Notes under the pieces: generated by a model
Databases searched by the model: none
Told to the model about the DNA's origin: nothing
The model's input: the letters and a program-made list of their open reading frames with translations, nothing else
Program-made: the position numbers and the translations under genes
Assembly: GCF_009914755.1 (NCBI RefSeq)
Contig: NC_060932.1
DNA: 64,000 bases
Strand: one strand, 5' to 3'
From: the human T2T-CHM13v2.0 reference genome, Homo sapiens
Shown: positions 1-12,160 of the stretch, one piece after another
Position numbering within the stretch: position 1 is the stretch's first letter
How the letters are laid out: each line of letters begins with the position of its first letter

Positions 1-2601
1 TTTTAATTTTTTTCTATAAGTTATGGGAGTACAGGTGGTATTTGGTTACATGAGTAAGGTCTTTAGTGGTGATCTGTGAGATTTTGGTGCACCCATCACC
101 TGAGCAGTATACACTGCTCCATATTTGTAGTCTTATTCCTCGCTCCCTCTCACTCTTCCCCCCAAGTCCCTAAAGACCATTGTATCATTCTTATGCCTTT
201 GCATCCTCATAGCTTAGCTGCCATGTATCATTGAGTACATACCATGTTTGCTTTTCCATTCCTGAGTTACTTCACTTAGAATAATAGTCTCCAATCTCAT
301 CTAGGTCACTGCAAATGCATTAATTCATTCCTTTTCATGGCTCAGCAGTATTCCTTTATATATGTATACTGCGGTTTCTTTACCCATTCTTTGACTGATG
401 GGCATTTGGGTTGGTTCCACCATTTTGCAGTTGTGAATTGGGCTGCTGTAAACATGCGTGTGCAAGTATCTTTTTCGAATAATGACTTCTTTTCTTCTGG
501 GTAGATACCCAGTAGTGGGATTGCTGGATCAAATGGTAGTTCTACTTTTACTTCTATAAGGAATCTCCACACTGTTTTCCATAGTGGCTGTACTAGTTTA
601 CATTCCTACCAGCAGTGTAGAAGTATTCCCTGATCACCACATTCATACCAATACCTGTTGTTTTATTTTTTTTTTTATTATGGCCATTCTTGCAGGAGTA
701 AGGTGGTATTGTATTATGGTTTTGACTTGCATTTCCCTGATCATTAGTGATGTTGAGGATTTTTTCATATGTTTGTTGGCCATTTGTATATCTTCTTTTG
801 AGAATTGTCTATTAATGTCCTTAGCCTACTTTTTGATGGGATTTTTTTTTCTTACTGATTTGAGTTTGTTGTAGATTCTGGATATCAGTCCTTTGTCAGA
901 TATATAGATTGGGAAGATTTTCTCCTACTCTGTGGGTTGTCTGTTTACTCTGCTGACTATTCCTTTTGCCATGCAAAAGCTCTTTAGTTTAATTCGGTCC
1001 GAACTATTTATCTTTGCTTTTATTCCATTTGCTTTTGGGTTTTTGGTCATGAAATACTTGCCTAAGCCAATTTTTGGAAGGGTTTTCCCAATATTATCTT
1101 CTAGAATTTATATAGCTTCATGTCCTAGATTTAAGTCCTTGATCCATCTTGAGTTGATTTTGTATAAGGTGAGAGATGAGGATCCAGTTTCATTCTCCTA
1201 CATGTGACTAGCCAATTACCCAGCACCATTTGTTGAATAGGGTGTCTTTTCCCCACTTTATGTTTTTGTTTGCTTGTTAATGATCAGTTGGCTGTAAGTA
1301 TTTGGGTTTATTTCTGGGTTCTCTATTCTGTCCCATTGGTCTATATGCCTATTTTTATACCAGTGCCACACTGTTTTGGTGACTATGGCCTTATAGTACA
1401 GCGTGAAATCAGGTAGCGTGATGCCTTCAGATTTGTTCTTTTTGCTTAGTCTTGCTTTAGCTATGCGGGCTTTTTCTTTTTTCTCTGTCTCATTTTTTTT
1501 TTTTGGTTCCATATGAATTTTAGAATTGTTTTTTTCTAATTCTGTGAGGAATGATAGTGGTATTTTGATGGGGATTGCATTGAATTTGTAGATTGATTTT
1601 GGCAGTATGGTCATTTTCACAACATTGATTCTACCCATCCATGAGCATGGGATGTGTTTCCATTTGTTTGTGTTGCCTATGATTTCTTTCAGCAGTGTTT
1701 TGTAGTTTTGCTTGTAGAGGCGTTTTGACTCCTTGGTTAGGTATATTCCTAAGTCTTTTTTTTTTTTTTTTTTTTTTTTTTGCAACTATTTTAAAAGGGG
1801 TTGAGTTCTTGATTTGATTCTCTGCTTAGTCGCTCTTGGTGTATAGAAGAGCTACTGATTTGTGTACAATAATCTTGTATCCAGAAACTTTGCTGAATTC
1901 TTTTATCAGTTCTAGGATCTTTCTGCAGGAATCTTTAGGGTTTTCCAGGTAAACTATCATATTGTCAGCAGTGACAGTTTGACTTCCTCTTTACCGAATT
2001 GGATGCCCTTTATTTCCTTGTCTTGTCTGATTGCTCTGGCTACAACTTCCAGTAATATGTTGAAGAGAAGTGGTGAGAGTGGGCATCCTAGTCTTGTTCC
2101 AGTTCTCAGAGGGAATGCTTTAAACTTTTCCCCATTCAGTATTATGTTTGCTGTGGGTTTGTCATAGATAGCTTTTATTATATTAAAGTATGTGCCTTGT
2201 ATGCCGATTTTGCTGAGAGTTTTAATCATAAATGGATGCTGGATTTTTGTTGAATGCTTTTTTTTCATCTATTGAGATGATCATGTGATTTTGGTTTTTA
2301 ATTCTGTTTATGTGGTGTATCACATTTATTGACTTGCATATATTAAAGCATCCCTGCATCCTTAGTATGGAACTCACTTGATCATGGTGGATTATCTTTT
2401 TGATACGTTGTTGGATTCAGTTAGCTAGTATTTTGTTAAGAATTTTAGCATCTGTATTCATCAAGGATATCGGTCTGTAGTTTTCTTTTTTGGTTATGTT
2501 CTTTCCTGGTTTTGGTATTAGGGTGATTCTGACTTCATGAAATGAATTAGAGAGGTTTCCTTCTTTCTCTAATTTATGGAATAGTGTCAAAAGGATTGGT
2601 A
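1..2601 (-). mobile_element. L1PB-type LINE-1 (L1PB1-like), 3' non-inverted part: 3'UTR plus ORF2 RT/C-terminal region, decayed
   Basis: L1PB-style 3'UTR on the minus strand (ttttggtgcacccatcacc...cattcttatgcctttgcatcctcatagcttagct). Minus ORF fragments match ORF2p ([49 protein letters not shown]). Many stops and frameshifts. Confidence 0.93.
1756..1781. repeat. Poly-T(26), expanded internal A-run of the L1
   Basis: 26 consecutive T counted directly. Confidence 0.9.
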
Positions 2602-3767
2602 AAAGTCCTTGTCCAACAGTAAAATATCACAATCCTAGACATGAATGCACCTAACACTGGAGCTCCCAAATGTATAGAACAATTCTTAATAGACCTAAGT
2701 AATGAGATAGACAGCAACACAGTAATAGTAAGGGACTTCAATACTCCACTGACAGCATTAGGCAGGTCATCAAGACAGAAAGCCAACAAATAAACAATGG
2801 ATTTAAATTATGCCTTGGAACAAATAGACTTCACAGATACGTACAGAACATTTCATCCAACAGTTGCAGAATACACATTCTATTCAAGAGCACATGGAAC
2901 TTTCTCTAAGATAGACCATATGATAGGCCATAAAACAAGCCTCAATAAATTTAAGAAAATTTAAATTATATCAAGCACTCCTTCAGACCACAGTGGAATA
3001 AAACTGGAAATAAACTCCAAAAAGAACCTTCCAAACTATGCAGATACATAGAAATTAAATAACTTGCTCCTGAATGAACATTGGATCAGAAACAAAATCA
3101 CGATAGAAATTAAAAAATTCTTTGAACTGAATGACAATGATGACACAACATACCAAAACCTCTGGAATACAGCAAAGGCGGTGCTAAGAGGAAAGTTCAT
3201 AGCCCTAAAAACCTACATCAAAAAGACTGAAAGTGCACAAATTGACATTCTAAGGTCACACCCCAAGGAAATAGAGAAACAAGAACAAACCAAACCCAAA
3301 TCCAGCAGAAGAAAGGAAATAACCAAGATCAGAGCAGAACTAAATGAAATTGAAACAAAACAGCACAAAAGATAAATGAGACACAAAGCTGATTCTTTGA
3401 AAAGATAAATAAAATTGATAAACTATTAGCAAGATTAACCAAGAAAAGAAGAGAGAAAATCCAAATAACCTCATTAAGAAACAAACAGGAGGCATTACAA
3501 CTGACACCACTGATTTACAAAAGATCATTCAAAGCTACTATGAACACCTTTACACATATAAACTAGAAAACCTAGAAGAGATGGATAAATTCCTGGAAAA
3601 ATACAACCCTCCTAGCATAAATCAGGAAGAATTAAATAACTTGAGCACACCAATAACAAGCAGTGAGATTGAAATAATAATTTAAAAATTATCGACAAAA
3701 ATGTCCAGGACCAGACGGATTCACCACAGAATTCTATCAGACATTCAAAGAAGAATTGTTACCAATC
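2601..3767 (+). mobile_element. Inverted 5' segment of the same L1PB (ORF2 endonuclease C-terminal half and linker)
   Basis: Plus-strand ORF2 sequence (aatgcacctaacactggagctccc, gggacttcaatactccactgac; ORF 3064-3375 [20 protein letters not shown]). It ends at ...gaagaattgttaccaatc, the L1 position where the minus part begins. Confidence 0.92.
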
Positions 3768-4238
3768 TTCTTCATTTCTTTTCTTCAACCATGACAGGCA
3801 TTCCTATCTGACTTCTGTTTTTCACTTTTTTGCATTCTGATGTCAGGCACAAAACCCAGTGTTTCCTGTTGCACAGGCCATGGCTTAGGAAGTCTGTTCA
3901 GACTTGCTTAGATGGCTAAGGCAGTAATGGGTATTTGGGAAGTCTTCAGAGCACTATCTTCAAAGAAATTCTCACTCACTGACAATTTCTATTTAATCTT
4001 TTTTCATACTCTTATATTTAAGATAAAATTTGGTGATGAACTGTAAGGGCTGCCAAACCTTTTCTGAGCTACTGTTTTGAATCTCTAGCAAAGATGTTAC
4101 AGTAGCATTCTTTAGGACTATTCTCTTCATTCTGGGGCTTCAGCTGTTATATCTAGGTAGGAAAAGGCAAATTTGAGCATTTTTAAAATAATGGGGTGTT
4201 GGTTAATTTACAAATGGACACTTTATTTTTGTTTTCTT

Positions 4239-4320
4239 TAATTATAAATTGGTTCAACTTTATTAAAGACTAGTTTGGTATAATTATAAATTGTTTCAAT
4301 ATTATTAAAGTCTAGTTTGG
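4239..4320. repeat. Tandem duplication, two 40-bp copies, period 42
   Basis: taattataaattggttcaactttattaaagactagtttgg versus taattataaattgtttcaatattattaaagtctagtttgg, 36/40 identical. Confidence 0.85.
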
Positions 4321-5681
4321 AAATATGTATGAAAATATAATGTGACAAAAATAGACAACACATTGATATTCTAAAGAAAATCAAATATTGTACCTAAAAA
4401 TTATTTGACTAATTTATACATGTATAATTGTAACACTGTGACATTAATAATTATCATCATATTAAGTATACTATTAAAAATAACCTGATGATAATGGATT
4501 ACTTTCTATATCATCTTTAAAAATTAATTAATGTGAGTATTACAACTAAAAGTACCTATTCCTTAAATAGTTTATCAAATGGCTGCTTTAGATTGTCCCA
4601 TTTGTTCTGCCTCTTTTTTGGCAATCTAACTAGAATCCATAGCAACCAGGGTATCCATAATACAAAACAGGCTGGCAAGTGGGGACTCAGTCTATGGCCA
4701 TGAAGTTTTTGCACTGCATAACTCCAGATGACATAATTCATGTAGATATTAATTGAAGGAGTCTCCCTACATGTGTGCACCACAGCAGCTCTGCTGTCCA
4801 GTAATATTTCTGAGGATTGTCAGATTATAATAACTGGAAATAACTGGAAATCTCAAAGAAAATCTAACCATTCAAAGATGTAGGAGCCCTGTTTGATTTA
4901 AGTGTGACATTGGCATGCAACTCCAAAAGAGAATGCAGTTAAATACTCATTAAAGAATTTCCAATCCTTGTATTTGAAGCAAGTTTCAAGTTCAAGAGTT
5001 AAGATGGCCCCTGTTCAAGGGAAAAAGGCAGTGACTCCTCTGTAACTGCTATGAGGTTAATTTTTCATTCTGATCTCTGATTTATAAATGAAGAATAAAT
5101 AAATAAATAAAATAATCCCAGAAGAGCAGTAGCACTACCATACTTGGTTCATAATGGCCAAACCTGTTTATAGGATTCCAACCTTGTTCTTCAAGCTATT
5201 CTTCCTTTCTTTTTGGAATATGCAGGTGATTTTTATTCTATAAGAATTCCAAAAATGAGACAAAAGATCTCAAACCCCTTTATCATAAGAATGGATTTTA
5301 AGTTGCCAGGACATAACACAAAATTCATATGGTGTCCCTGCATATGGATGGTTAATGTGGCATGCTGAGGCTGCTGCTGCTGTGTTTCCCTGCAAGGAGC
5401 TGCACGCTCTGAAGCCTCCTGGCTCTGAGGACTCAGAGGCTGCTGGCTCTGCTCTGCTGTGTTGCCCACCAGGCCTCACCACGTTATTTTTCCAGGATGC
5501 AGATTGTAAGGACGCAGGTGGTGGTGAGATTTCCTTTTAATTAAGGTATAAACAAGACAGAGTTATTGATCTTATAGTGCCAATTTAGCAGCATCTAAGT
5601 TGAAGTGTCATGCTCAGTTTCGAGTGTGTGATTCAAAAAAGCCCCATTTTCTGCATGTGAGGAGAATAATAATTAAGAGTA

Positions 5682-5810
5682 TGGCAGACTGCCTGTGTTC
5701 AGATTTTGTCCTCACCATTATTGCTGTACATAAATGAGTGAGTTATCCAACTATTCTAAGCCTGAGATTTCTCATATTTAAGATGGAAATAAGATGATTA
5801 ACAACAGTAT
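5682..5810 (+). mobile_element. MIR SINE fragment
   Basis: cagactgcctgtgttcag...gcctgagatttctcatatttaagatggaaataa resembles the MIR core. Confidence 0.65.
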
Positions 5811-5811
5811 C

Positions 5812-5918
5812 TAGCATTAATTGAGTATTTATGCTTTACAGCTCCATTGAAATAAATTTATATTTACCTCATAAATAGCTATGCTGAGTAGGTGCTGTAT
5901 TCTCCCTAATTTTGAGAG
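5812..5918 (-). mobile_element. MIR SINE fragment
   Basis: cattaattgagtatt...gagtaggtgctgtattctccctaattttgaga resembles the reverse complement of the MIR 3' half. Confidence 0.55.
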
Positions 5919-6735
5919 ACATATACTCACATCATTATTTATTATTCTCCCAAAACCCAAATCCTGAAATATGAAACCAGAATTTATTTTCAATCATAAA
6001 CAAACACAGAGTCACTCTATTTCTTAATCTGTAACACAAACTCTGGTGGACAACACAGCAGAGTAAAGACATGGTTAAAATATCTTTACTCCATGAACTT
6101 GGAGTTCATGAAGCTCCAAGAATGTGGATGAGAAAAAAAAAACACGTATTTTATTTCACACATCTTTACTTGAAGATTAGCATTTGCTATTGTAGATGAT
6201 AAGAGACAGTAGTATTAATGTATCTATGAATTTGTCACTAATATAAACCAGACATCTCTCAAAATAGAATCTAACTTAGCACTACCTCAAAATTGCAGTA
6301 TCTACTAAACCCACTACTTGATCTTGTTACTGAATGTATTAATAAAGATGTTCATATGCTACTATATCAAGGGTTTTATTTGGTATTTGAATGACTTTAC
6401 TTCGGTGTAATTGTTTTTCATTTTGTAATCCTATGCATCACTGTGTCTTCTGCTTTGTTTATAATTATTCTAGCAAGTTCAATAACATATTCAATAGGAA
6501 CTATACTGACACATAGTAACACATGCTTATATATGTTAGACAAGCCCATTACATCCTCACACCCACACGTACACTTACATATTTAATTCTTAATGTTAGT
6601 GTGTATGCGATATGCTGCCTGAAGAAATTTCTAGGAGTGATAAATACAATGCTTAAAATCTTAATTATGTCCACAATATTACTGTGAGAAGTTTGTTTTC
6701 ATTTTTTAAAAACTATTATATTCTCTCTTATGTTC

Positions 6736-7702
6736 ATTTATAAGCTGAATTGTGTCCCCTATATGCTATATTTATATTTACATATATATATATATGTAAA
6801 ATTCCTAACTCCCAGTACCACAGAATGTGAGTGTATTTCTTGATAAGGCCATTAATCAGGTGTTTAAGATAAAATGAGGCCTTACAGTGGGCCCTAATCC
6901 GATCTGACTGATATTCTCATGTGATAGTTAATTTTATTTTTCAATGTGACAGGTCCATTGGGTGCCCAGATATTTGGTCAAACATTATTTTGGGTGTGTC
7001 TGTGATGGTGTTTATGGATGAGATTAACATTTAAATTGGTAGACCAAGTAAAACAAATTGCCCTCTTATGTGGATAAGCCTTATTCAACCTGTTGAAGGT
7101 CTCAATAGAACAAAAAAGCTGAGTAAGAGAGAATTCACTTTGTCTGCCTAACAGTTTTGAGTGGGGACATTGAATTCTTCCCACCTTTGGACTCAGACTA
7201 GAATTTGCACTATCAGCTCTCCTAATTCTCCTCCCTTTGGACTTGAACTGGAATCGTACCATTGAAATTTCTGGGATTCCAGCTTACTGACTGCAGCAAT
7301 TGGGTTTTGTCACTTTCATAATCATGTGAATCAATTTCTTATGATAAATCTCTCTATTTCTATCTCTATCTGTGTGTGTGTGTGTGTGTGTGTGTGTTTG
7401 TATGTGTGTGTATCTCCTTTTAGTTCTGTTTCTCTGAAGAAGCCTAATACGTCTTATAAGAAGTGAAAATTTGGACACACAAAGAAGCACCAGGATTGCA
7501 TACTTACAGAGTAAAGACCATGTGAGGACACAGAGAGGTGGTGGCTGTCTGCAAGCAGAGGAGAGAGGCTTCAGAGGAAATCAACCCTGCTGGCACCTTG
7601 ACCTTGGATTTCTAGCATTCAGGACTATGAGAAATGAATTTCTGTTTTTTTAAGCCACCTAGTCTGTGGTACTTTTTGATACAGTTCTAGCAAACTCATA
7701 CA
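6736..7702 (+). mobile_element. MLT1B-like MaLR solo LTR, split by an MLT2 insertion (pieces 6736-6919 and 7452-7702)
   Basis: gctgaattgtgtcccc...gtgggccctaatcc, resuming cttataagaag...ttggacaca, ending tttaagccacctagtctgtggtact...caaactcataca. Confidence 0.85.
6920..7451 (+). mobile_element. MLT2 (MLT2D/C-like) ERVL solo LTR
   Basis: Starts tgtgatagttaatttta, contains gggtgcccagatatttggtcaaacattatt, ends ttctgtttctctgaagaagcctaatac. Flanks tctca/tctta form a 5-bp TSD with one mismatch. (TG)n at about 7370-7410. Confidence 0.88.
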
Positions 7703-7944
7703 AGTTTTGCTTATTAATAAATTATATACTCAGAAGAATAACTACAAAGAATACAAAAACCTGAAGAAGGCCAATGGCACGGTACTCCAAAAGCAAAAGC
7801 TAAAGTTCCATGTTCTCCGATTCAGGGATATATAGGAGGACCAGCAGCTGGTATCCAGGAAGCTGTCTGATGACACAGAGGACTTTTCTAATCTGCTGTT
7901 GATTTCCTCCTTTAGTGGTGGCAAACAGAGAAAGAGGGGGCAAC

Positions 7945-8288
7945 ATTTTTATGTTAAAATTCTAACCCACAATGTGATGGTATTAGGAGATAAGGCCTTT
8001 GGGAGACAAACGGGTGAAGAGGATGAAGCCCTTATTAATAAGATTAGTGCCTTTATGATAAGGGGCCCCAGAGAGAGCTTGCTTCCCCTCTCTGCTCTTA
8101 CCACTATGTGCAAATATAATAAGAAGACAGGCTTCTGTAAACCAGAAAGAGTACCTTCATTGGACACCAAATCTTCCAGCACCTCGATCCTGGACTTCTC
8201 AGACTCTAGAATAAAGTGTGAAATAAATGTTTGTTGTTTGACCCAATCTATTGTATATTTCTTAGAGCAGCCCAAGCTGACTAAGACA
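7945..8288 (+). mobile_element. MLT1A/MLT1A0-like MaLR LTR
   Basis: aatgtgatggtattaggagataaggcctttgggag...gattagtgccttta...gcagcccaagctgactaagaca. Confidence 0.82.
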
Positions 8289-8293
8289 ACAAC

Positions 8294-8674
8294 TGCATTA
8301 GTCTGCTAGGGCTGTCGTATATAATACCATGGACTCTGTGGTTTAAACAACAGAAATATAACTTCTTACAGCTCTGGAGGATAGGAAATCCAAGATCAAG
8401 GTGCCAGCATGGTAGGTTTTATTCTGAAGCCTCTTCTTTGGCTTGTAGGTCACTGCCATTTCTTCATGTGCTCCCATGGCTTTTTTGTATGTATGTGTAT
8501 ACTTCTCTCTCTGATTCTTCTTATTAGGCCACCAATTCTATTGGATTAGGGTCCCATGTTTATGACCTCATTTAACCTTAATTACCTTCTTAGAAGTGCT
8601 ATATTCAAACAAGTTGCATTGGGTTTAAGGCTTCAGCATCTGAATTTTGGAGAAAAAAAAGTCAGTGCATAGCA
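8294..8674 (-). mobile_element. MLT1B-like MaLR solo LTR
   Basis: tgcattagtctgctagggctg...ccaagatcaaggtg...ggattagggtccc...tcagtgcatagca. Flanks acaac/ccaac. Confidence 0.85.
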
Positions 8675-8714
8675 CCAACTGAAAAACATCTGAGACATTT
8701 GTCAGTTAATGCCT

Positions 8715-8965
8715 GCCCACCATTTATCAATTGTTATTGGAAGATGGGCATTTACTCCCCACACTTCCAAGTTTAGTTTCCCTGTGAGCAAGTTCCCGCA
8801 GCTAAAGAGAAGGCACCGAGAAAAAAAATGGTACCCCTTATCAAGATAATATGGGGCACAATATCAGAGTAGGTTTGAGCTTTCAGGAGGCTGTAAACCA
8901 CATCACAATTGAAATCAGAGATGAGCTGATGGGGTATGCCAGGTGGCACAAAAAATATTATGATC
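8715..8965 (-). mobile_element. Possible old ERVL LTR fragment (LTR16-like)
   Basis: gggcatttactccccacacttcc...gagcaagttcccgcagctaaagagaaggc loosely resembles LTR16-group sequence. Very diverged. Confidence 0.35.
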
Positions 8966-11019
8966 ATTATATTATGGACCTCATATGTTTGGAAAGGTGG
9001 CAGCTGTTTTTCAGTTCATGTGGGCCCAATAGAAGTAGGCTTTTCATAAACGGAACATGGATTTATCTGGAATCTTTGAGCGCAGGCCATGATAGATTTG
9101 TTGGAGACTTCAAAACTAGTGAGGATTTTCTCTTGTAAGGAGATAAAAAATTAATTCTTTCAATCAGTATAACTCTCTTGCTAATTTGAATTAGAAGTAT
9201 CCTTCCACATCTCCAGGGATTTCAAATTCCTTCATGGAAAGCCAGGAAAAGGGAACATACAGTAACTTATATGTAATGTAAGATTAATTCAATATTGGTG
9301 ATTTTAAACTGTGTAGAGGTTTTGTTTACATTACCCCTTTATTATTTATTTTATTCAGAAGCATATAATTAGTTATGTATGACATTGCATCATACTATTA
9401 AGTGTATAAAACTTTGGCTTTGAGATTGTTAAAAATAAACATTTTAGATGGCACCAGATCCCAAATTCTACCCATTAGCTTTATTATTATTATTTTTTGG
9501 AAATGTACAATGAAGTACAAATTTTAGAGAAACTTGAACTCAGATCATCAGAACACAGCACCTCTCTCTGTGACCCATTCCTATTAGCCACCATCATTTT
9601 GATTTTAGAAACTCAGATGGTTGATGTGTGATAAAGTTTATAAAAACACAAAGCTCATTGCAGAAGCCTTATTTTGTAAGCATGAATTGTATTTTGGACC
9701 TATTAAAGTTTAACATATTTTATAAATATTTAAAGAAGTATTGCATCTGTATACTCTGAAACTAGCAATTGCATATCTAAAAAATCTCAAGAGGAAACAG
9801 AATTTCAAAAATCAAATAAGCCCAAGCAAACAAGAAGCTAAAATAATACACACACAAATGGGATTTGACTTTTTAACTCCGAATAGAAGCTGGAGGAAAC
9901 AAGGAAGATATAAGAAATCTTGGTGGTCAGGCTAAAGAGAAAAAATTGAAGTATGAACATATCTCAGTACTCTAAGGGTTATATCAAGAAAGAGAAGATA
10001 ATATTATTTTTACTATTACAGGAACATAAATGCTGACTAGCATGCAAGTAAGTTTAAAGTGAGAAGAAGGAGATGGTTCATGGATCTCAGGGAGCTTGGA
10101 TTCAAGAAATGAATGAAATATCCTCATTAAAGTCATGGTATAGAAATATTCTTTGATGAAAATAATCTATATTGGGTGGTTACACAATGAATTAGATATA
10201 ATTGGGAAGAGATTATGTGTTATATCACAAACACATACTTTAAGCAGTGTTAGATGACTTTCAAGATGATGTAATTATTGGAGGAGGAAGGGAGACCATG
10301 GCATGTTTCTTCACAGAACATGTCTGAGAAATTTCTTGGGTTATGAGCCCAATGGAAGTTATAGCTGAGACTACCTAAATGGGAAATAGGCAGGGAAACA
10401 ATAATATAATCCAGCATGTGTTTGATTTTTGTCTGATGGAATGGAACCAACTGCTCATAAGTATTATATTTAGTTAGATGAAGATGGAGAGATTTTGTTC
10501 GAATAATAGATTACTTTTTCAGACCCCAAAATTATTAACTTCTTATCTTACTCTGTGAGGAATCCTACCTAAGGGAGGAATGTATTCAGAAAGCAAAACG
10601 TCTGAGTTTGAAATAAAATGAAAAGAAATGGTAGGAATGCATGTAATGAAGGAATCAATGTTGGTTGCACAAGTATCAGAAAAATTAATGGATACACTTA
10701 GAATAAATATCCTAAAACTCAGCAACCTCTATTTGAAGGAAGTGAAGAAACAATGCAAGTACATGAAAGAAGTATTTTGATCCTCACTGGATAATTGAGG
10801 TTATAGGATTTGAAGAAGGCTTTTTAAATTGTTTTTTGTATTTCACTTTCAATTGCATTAGTGATCATTTTCTAAAAAATGGTAACTAATAATATTTAAA
10901 GCAGACTTCCTTGCTTCTTTTTAATATTAGTATGATGTAACTGCACACTGTCATTTTGGCTATTAGTACGAGCTACACATTCCTCACTCTGCTACATAAG
11001 AATACATATACTATAATAT

Positions 11020-11262
11020 TTTGAGAGAATTTCCTTATTAAGTATGGCATTGGATTTTATTGAGTTTTTTTATGTCTGTTGGAATCATTAGTCCTATCCA
11101 TATTTTATAATGTATTGATATTAATATCAATATTAAATCATCATTAGGTTCTTGAGCTAAATAAATATTTGACTATGGTAAATTATTTTAAGAGATTACT
11201 TTATTTTACATGTTAATATTATATTAAGGAATTTAGCATCTACATTCATATATGGGATTTGT
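11020..11262 (-). mobile_element. Old L1 (L1M/L1ME) ORF2 fragment
   Basis: ...taatattatattaaggaatttagcatctacattcata resembles antisense ORF2 ([12 protein letters not shown] region). Confidence 0.55.
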
Positions 11263-11534
11263 TTATACCAGTATTTCTAAAATTCTATACCATAAAACTG
11301 TTGTTCTTAAAGGTATTTGCCAAAAACAGGGTCCTGTAGTTCAACAGATGTTTCAAATTCTGCTTTATCTAATCTCTCAAAATATATGGTATACTCACAT
11401 ATTAAATCCTTCTATAATCTTCTATTTAATCTTCCATCATTTTTAATTTTCCATTATTTTTCTCTTTTTCTATTCTTCTAAGATTTGCCTAGATTATTGT
11501 TTTAACACATCTATCTTTTCTCTAATAGAATATG

Positions 11535-12148
11535 CGTAGTAGGTAGAATTTTGATTCCCATGACCTTTGCCATCTGGTGTCATGCCCATAAATATGTTAC
11601 AATACATGGTGAAAGAACTTTGCAGATGTAATTGAGTTCCCTTAAACTAGGGAAGTTATTCTGGATTACCTAAATAGGTATGAAATAATCACATGAGCTC
11701 TTAGAAGCAAAGCTTTCTCCTGTATATGAGCAGAGTTGAAGTCAATGGAAAAAGCAGAAGTCAGAGATATTCATCACATCACTGCTGGTTTTGAAAATGG
11801 AGGGGGCCACAAGCCAAGGGATATGGGAGGTCTCAAGAAGCTGAAAATAACCCCTGACAGACTGTTAGCTCCCTGGTCAAGGAAAGGTGCACCTCAATCC
11901 TACAACAGAATGAAATTGAATTCTTCCAAAAACCTGAATAAACCTGGTAGTGATTCTCCCACAAAGCCTTCAATGAAGACTACAGATTGACTGACATTTT
12001 GAATACAGCTTTGTGAGACCCTTAGCAGAATATTCAGCTCAGCCCATCTGAACTTCTGAAATAAAGAGCAGTGAAATAACAAATGGGTGTTATTCTAAGC
12101 TGCTATGTATGTGGTAATTTGTTATGGCAGCAATAGAAAATAAATGCA
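11535..12148 (+). mobile_element. MLT1E-group MaLR solo LTR
   Basis: actttgcagatgtaattgag, ttgaaaatggagggggccacaagccaagg, tgaattcttccaaaaacctgaat, ending gtggtaatttgttatggcagcaatagaaaataaatgca. Confidence 0.82.
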
Positions 12149-12160
12149 GAATGTATAACA

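Noticed and set aside
342-3375. ORFs encoding L1 ORF2p-like peptides (up to 175 aa)
   Set aside because: Broken pieces of a dead, rearranged L1, not host CDS.
7899-8309. 136-aa ORF
   Set aside because: Lies in an MLT1A LTR, has a non-ATG start and no recognisable domain.
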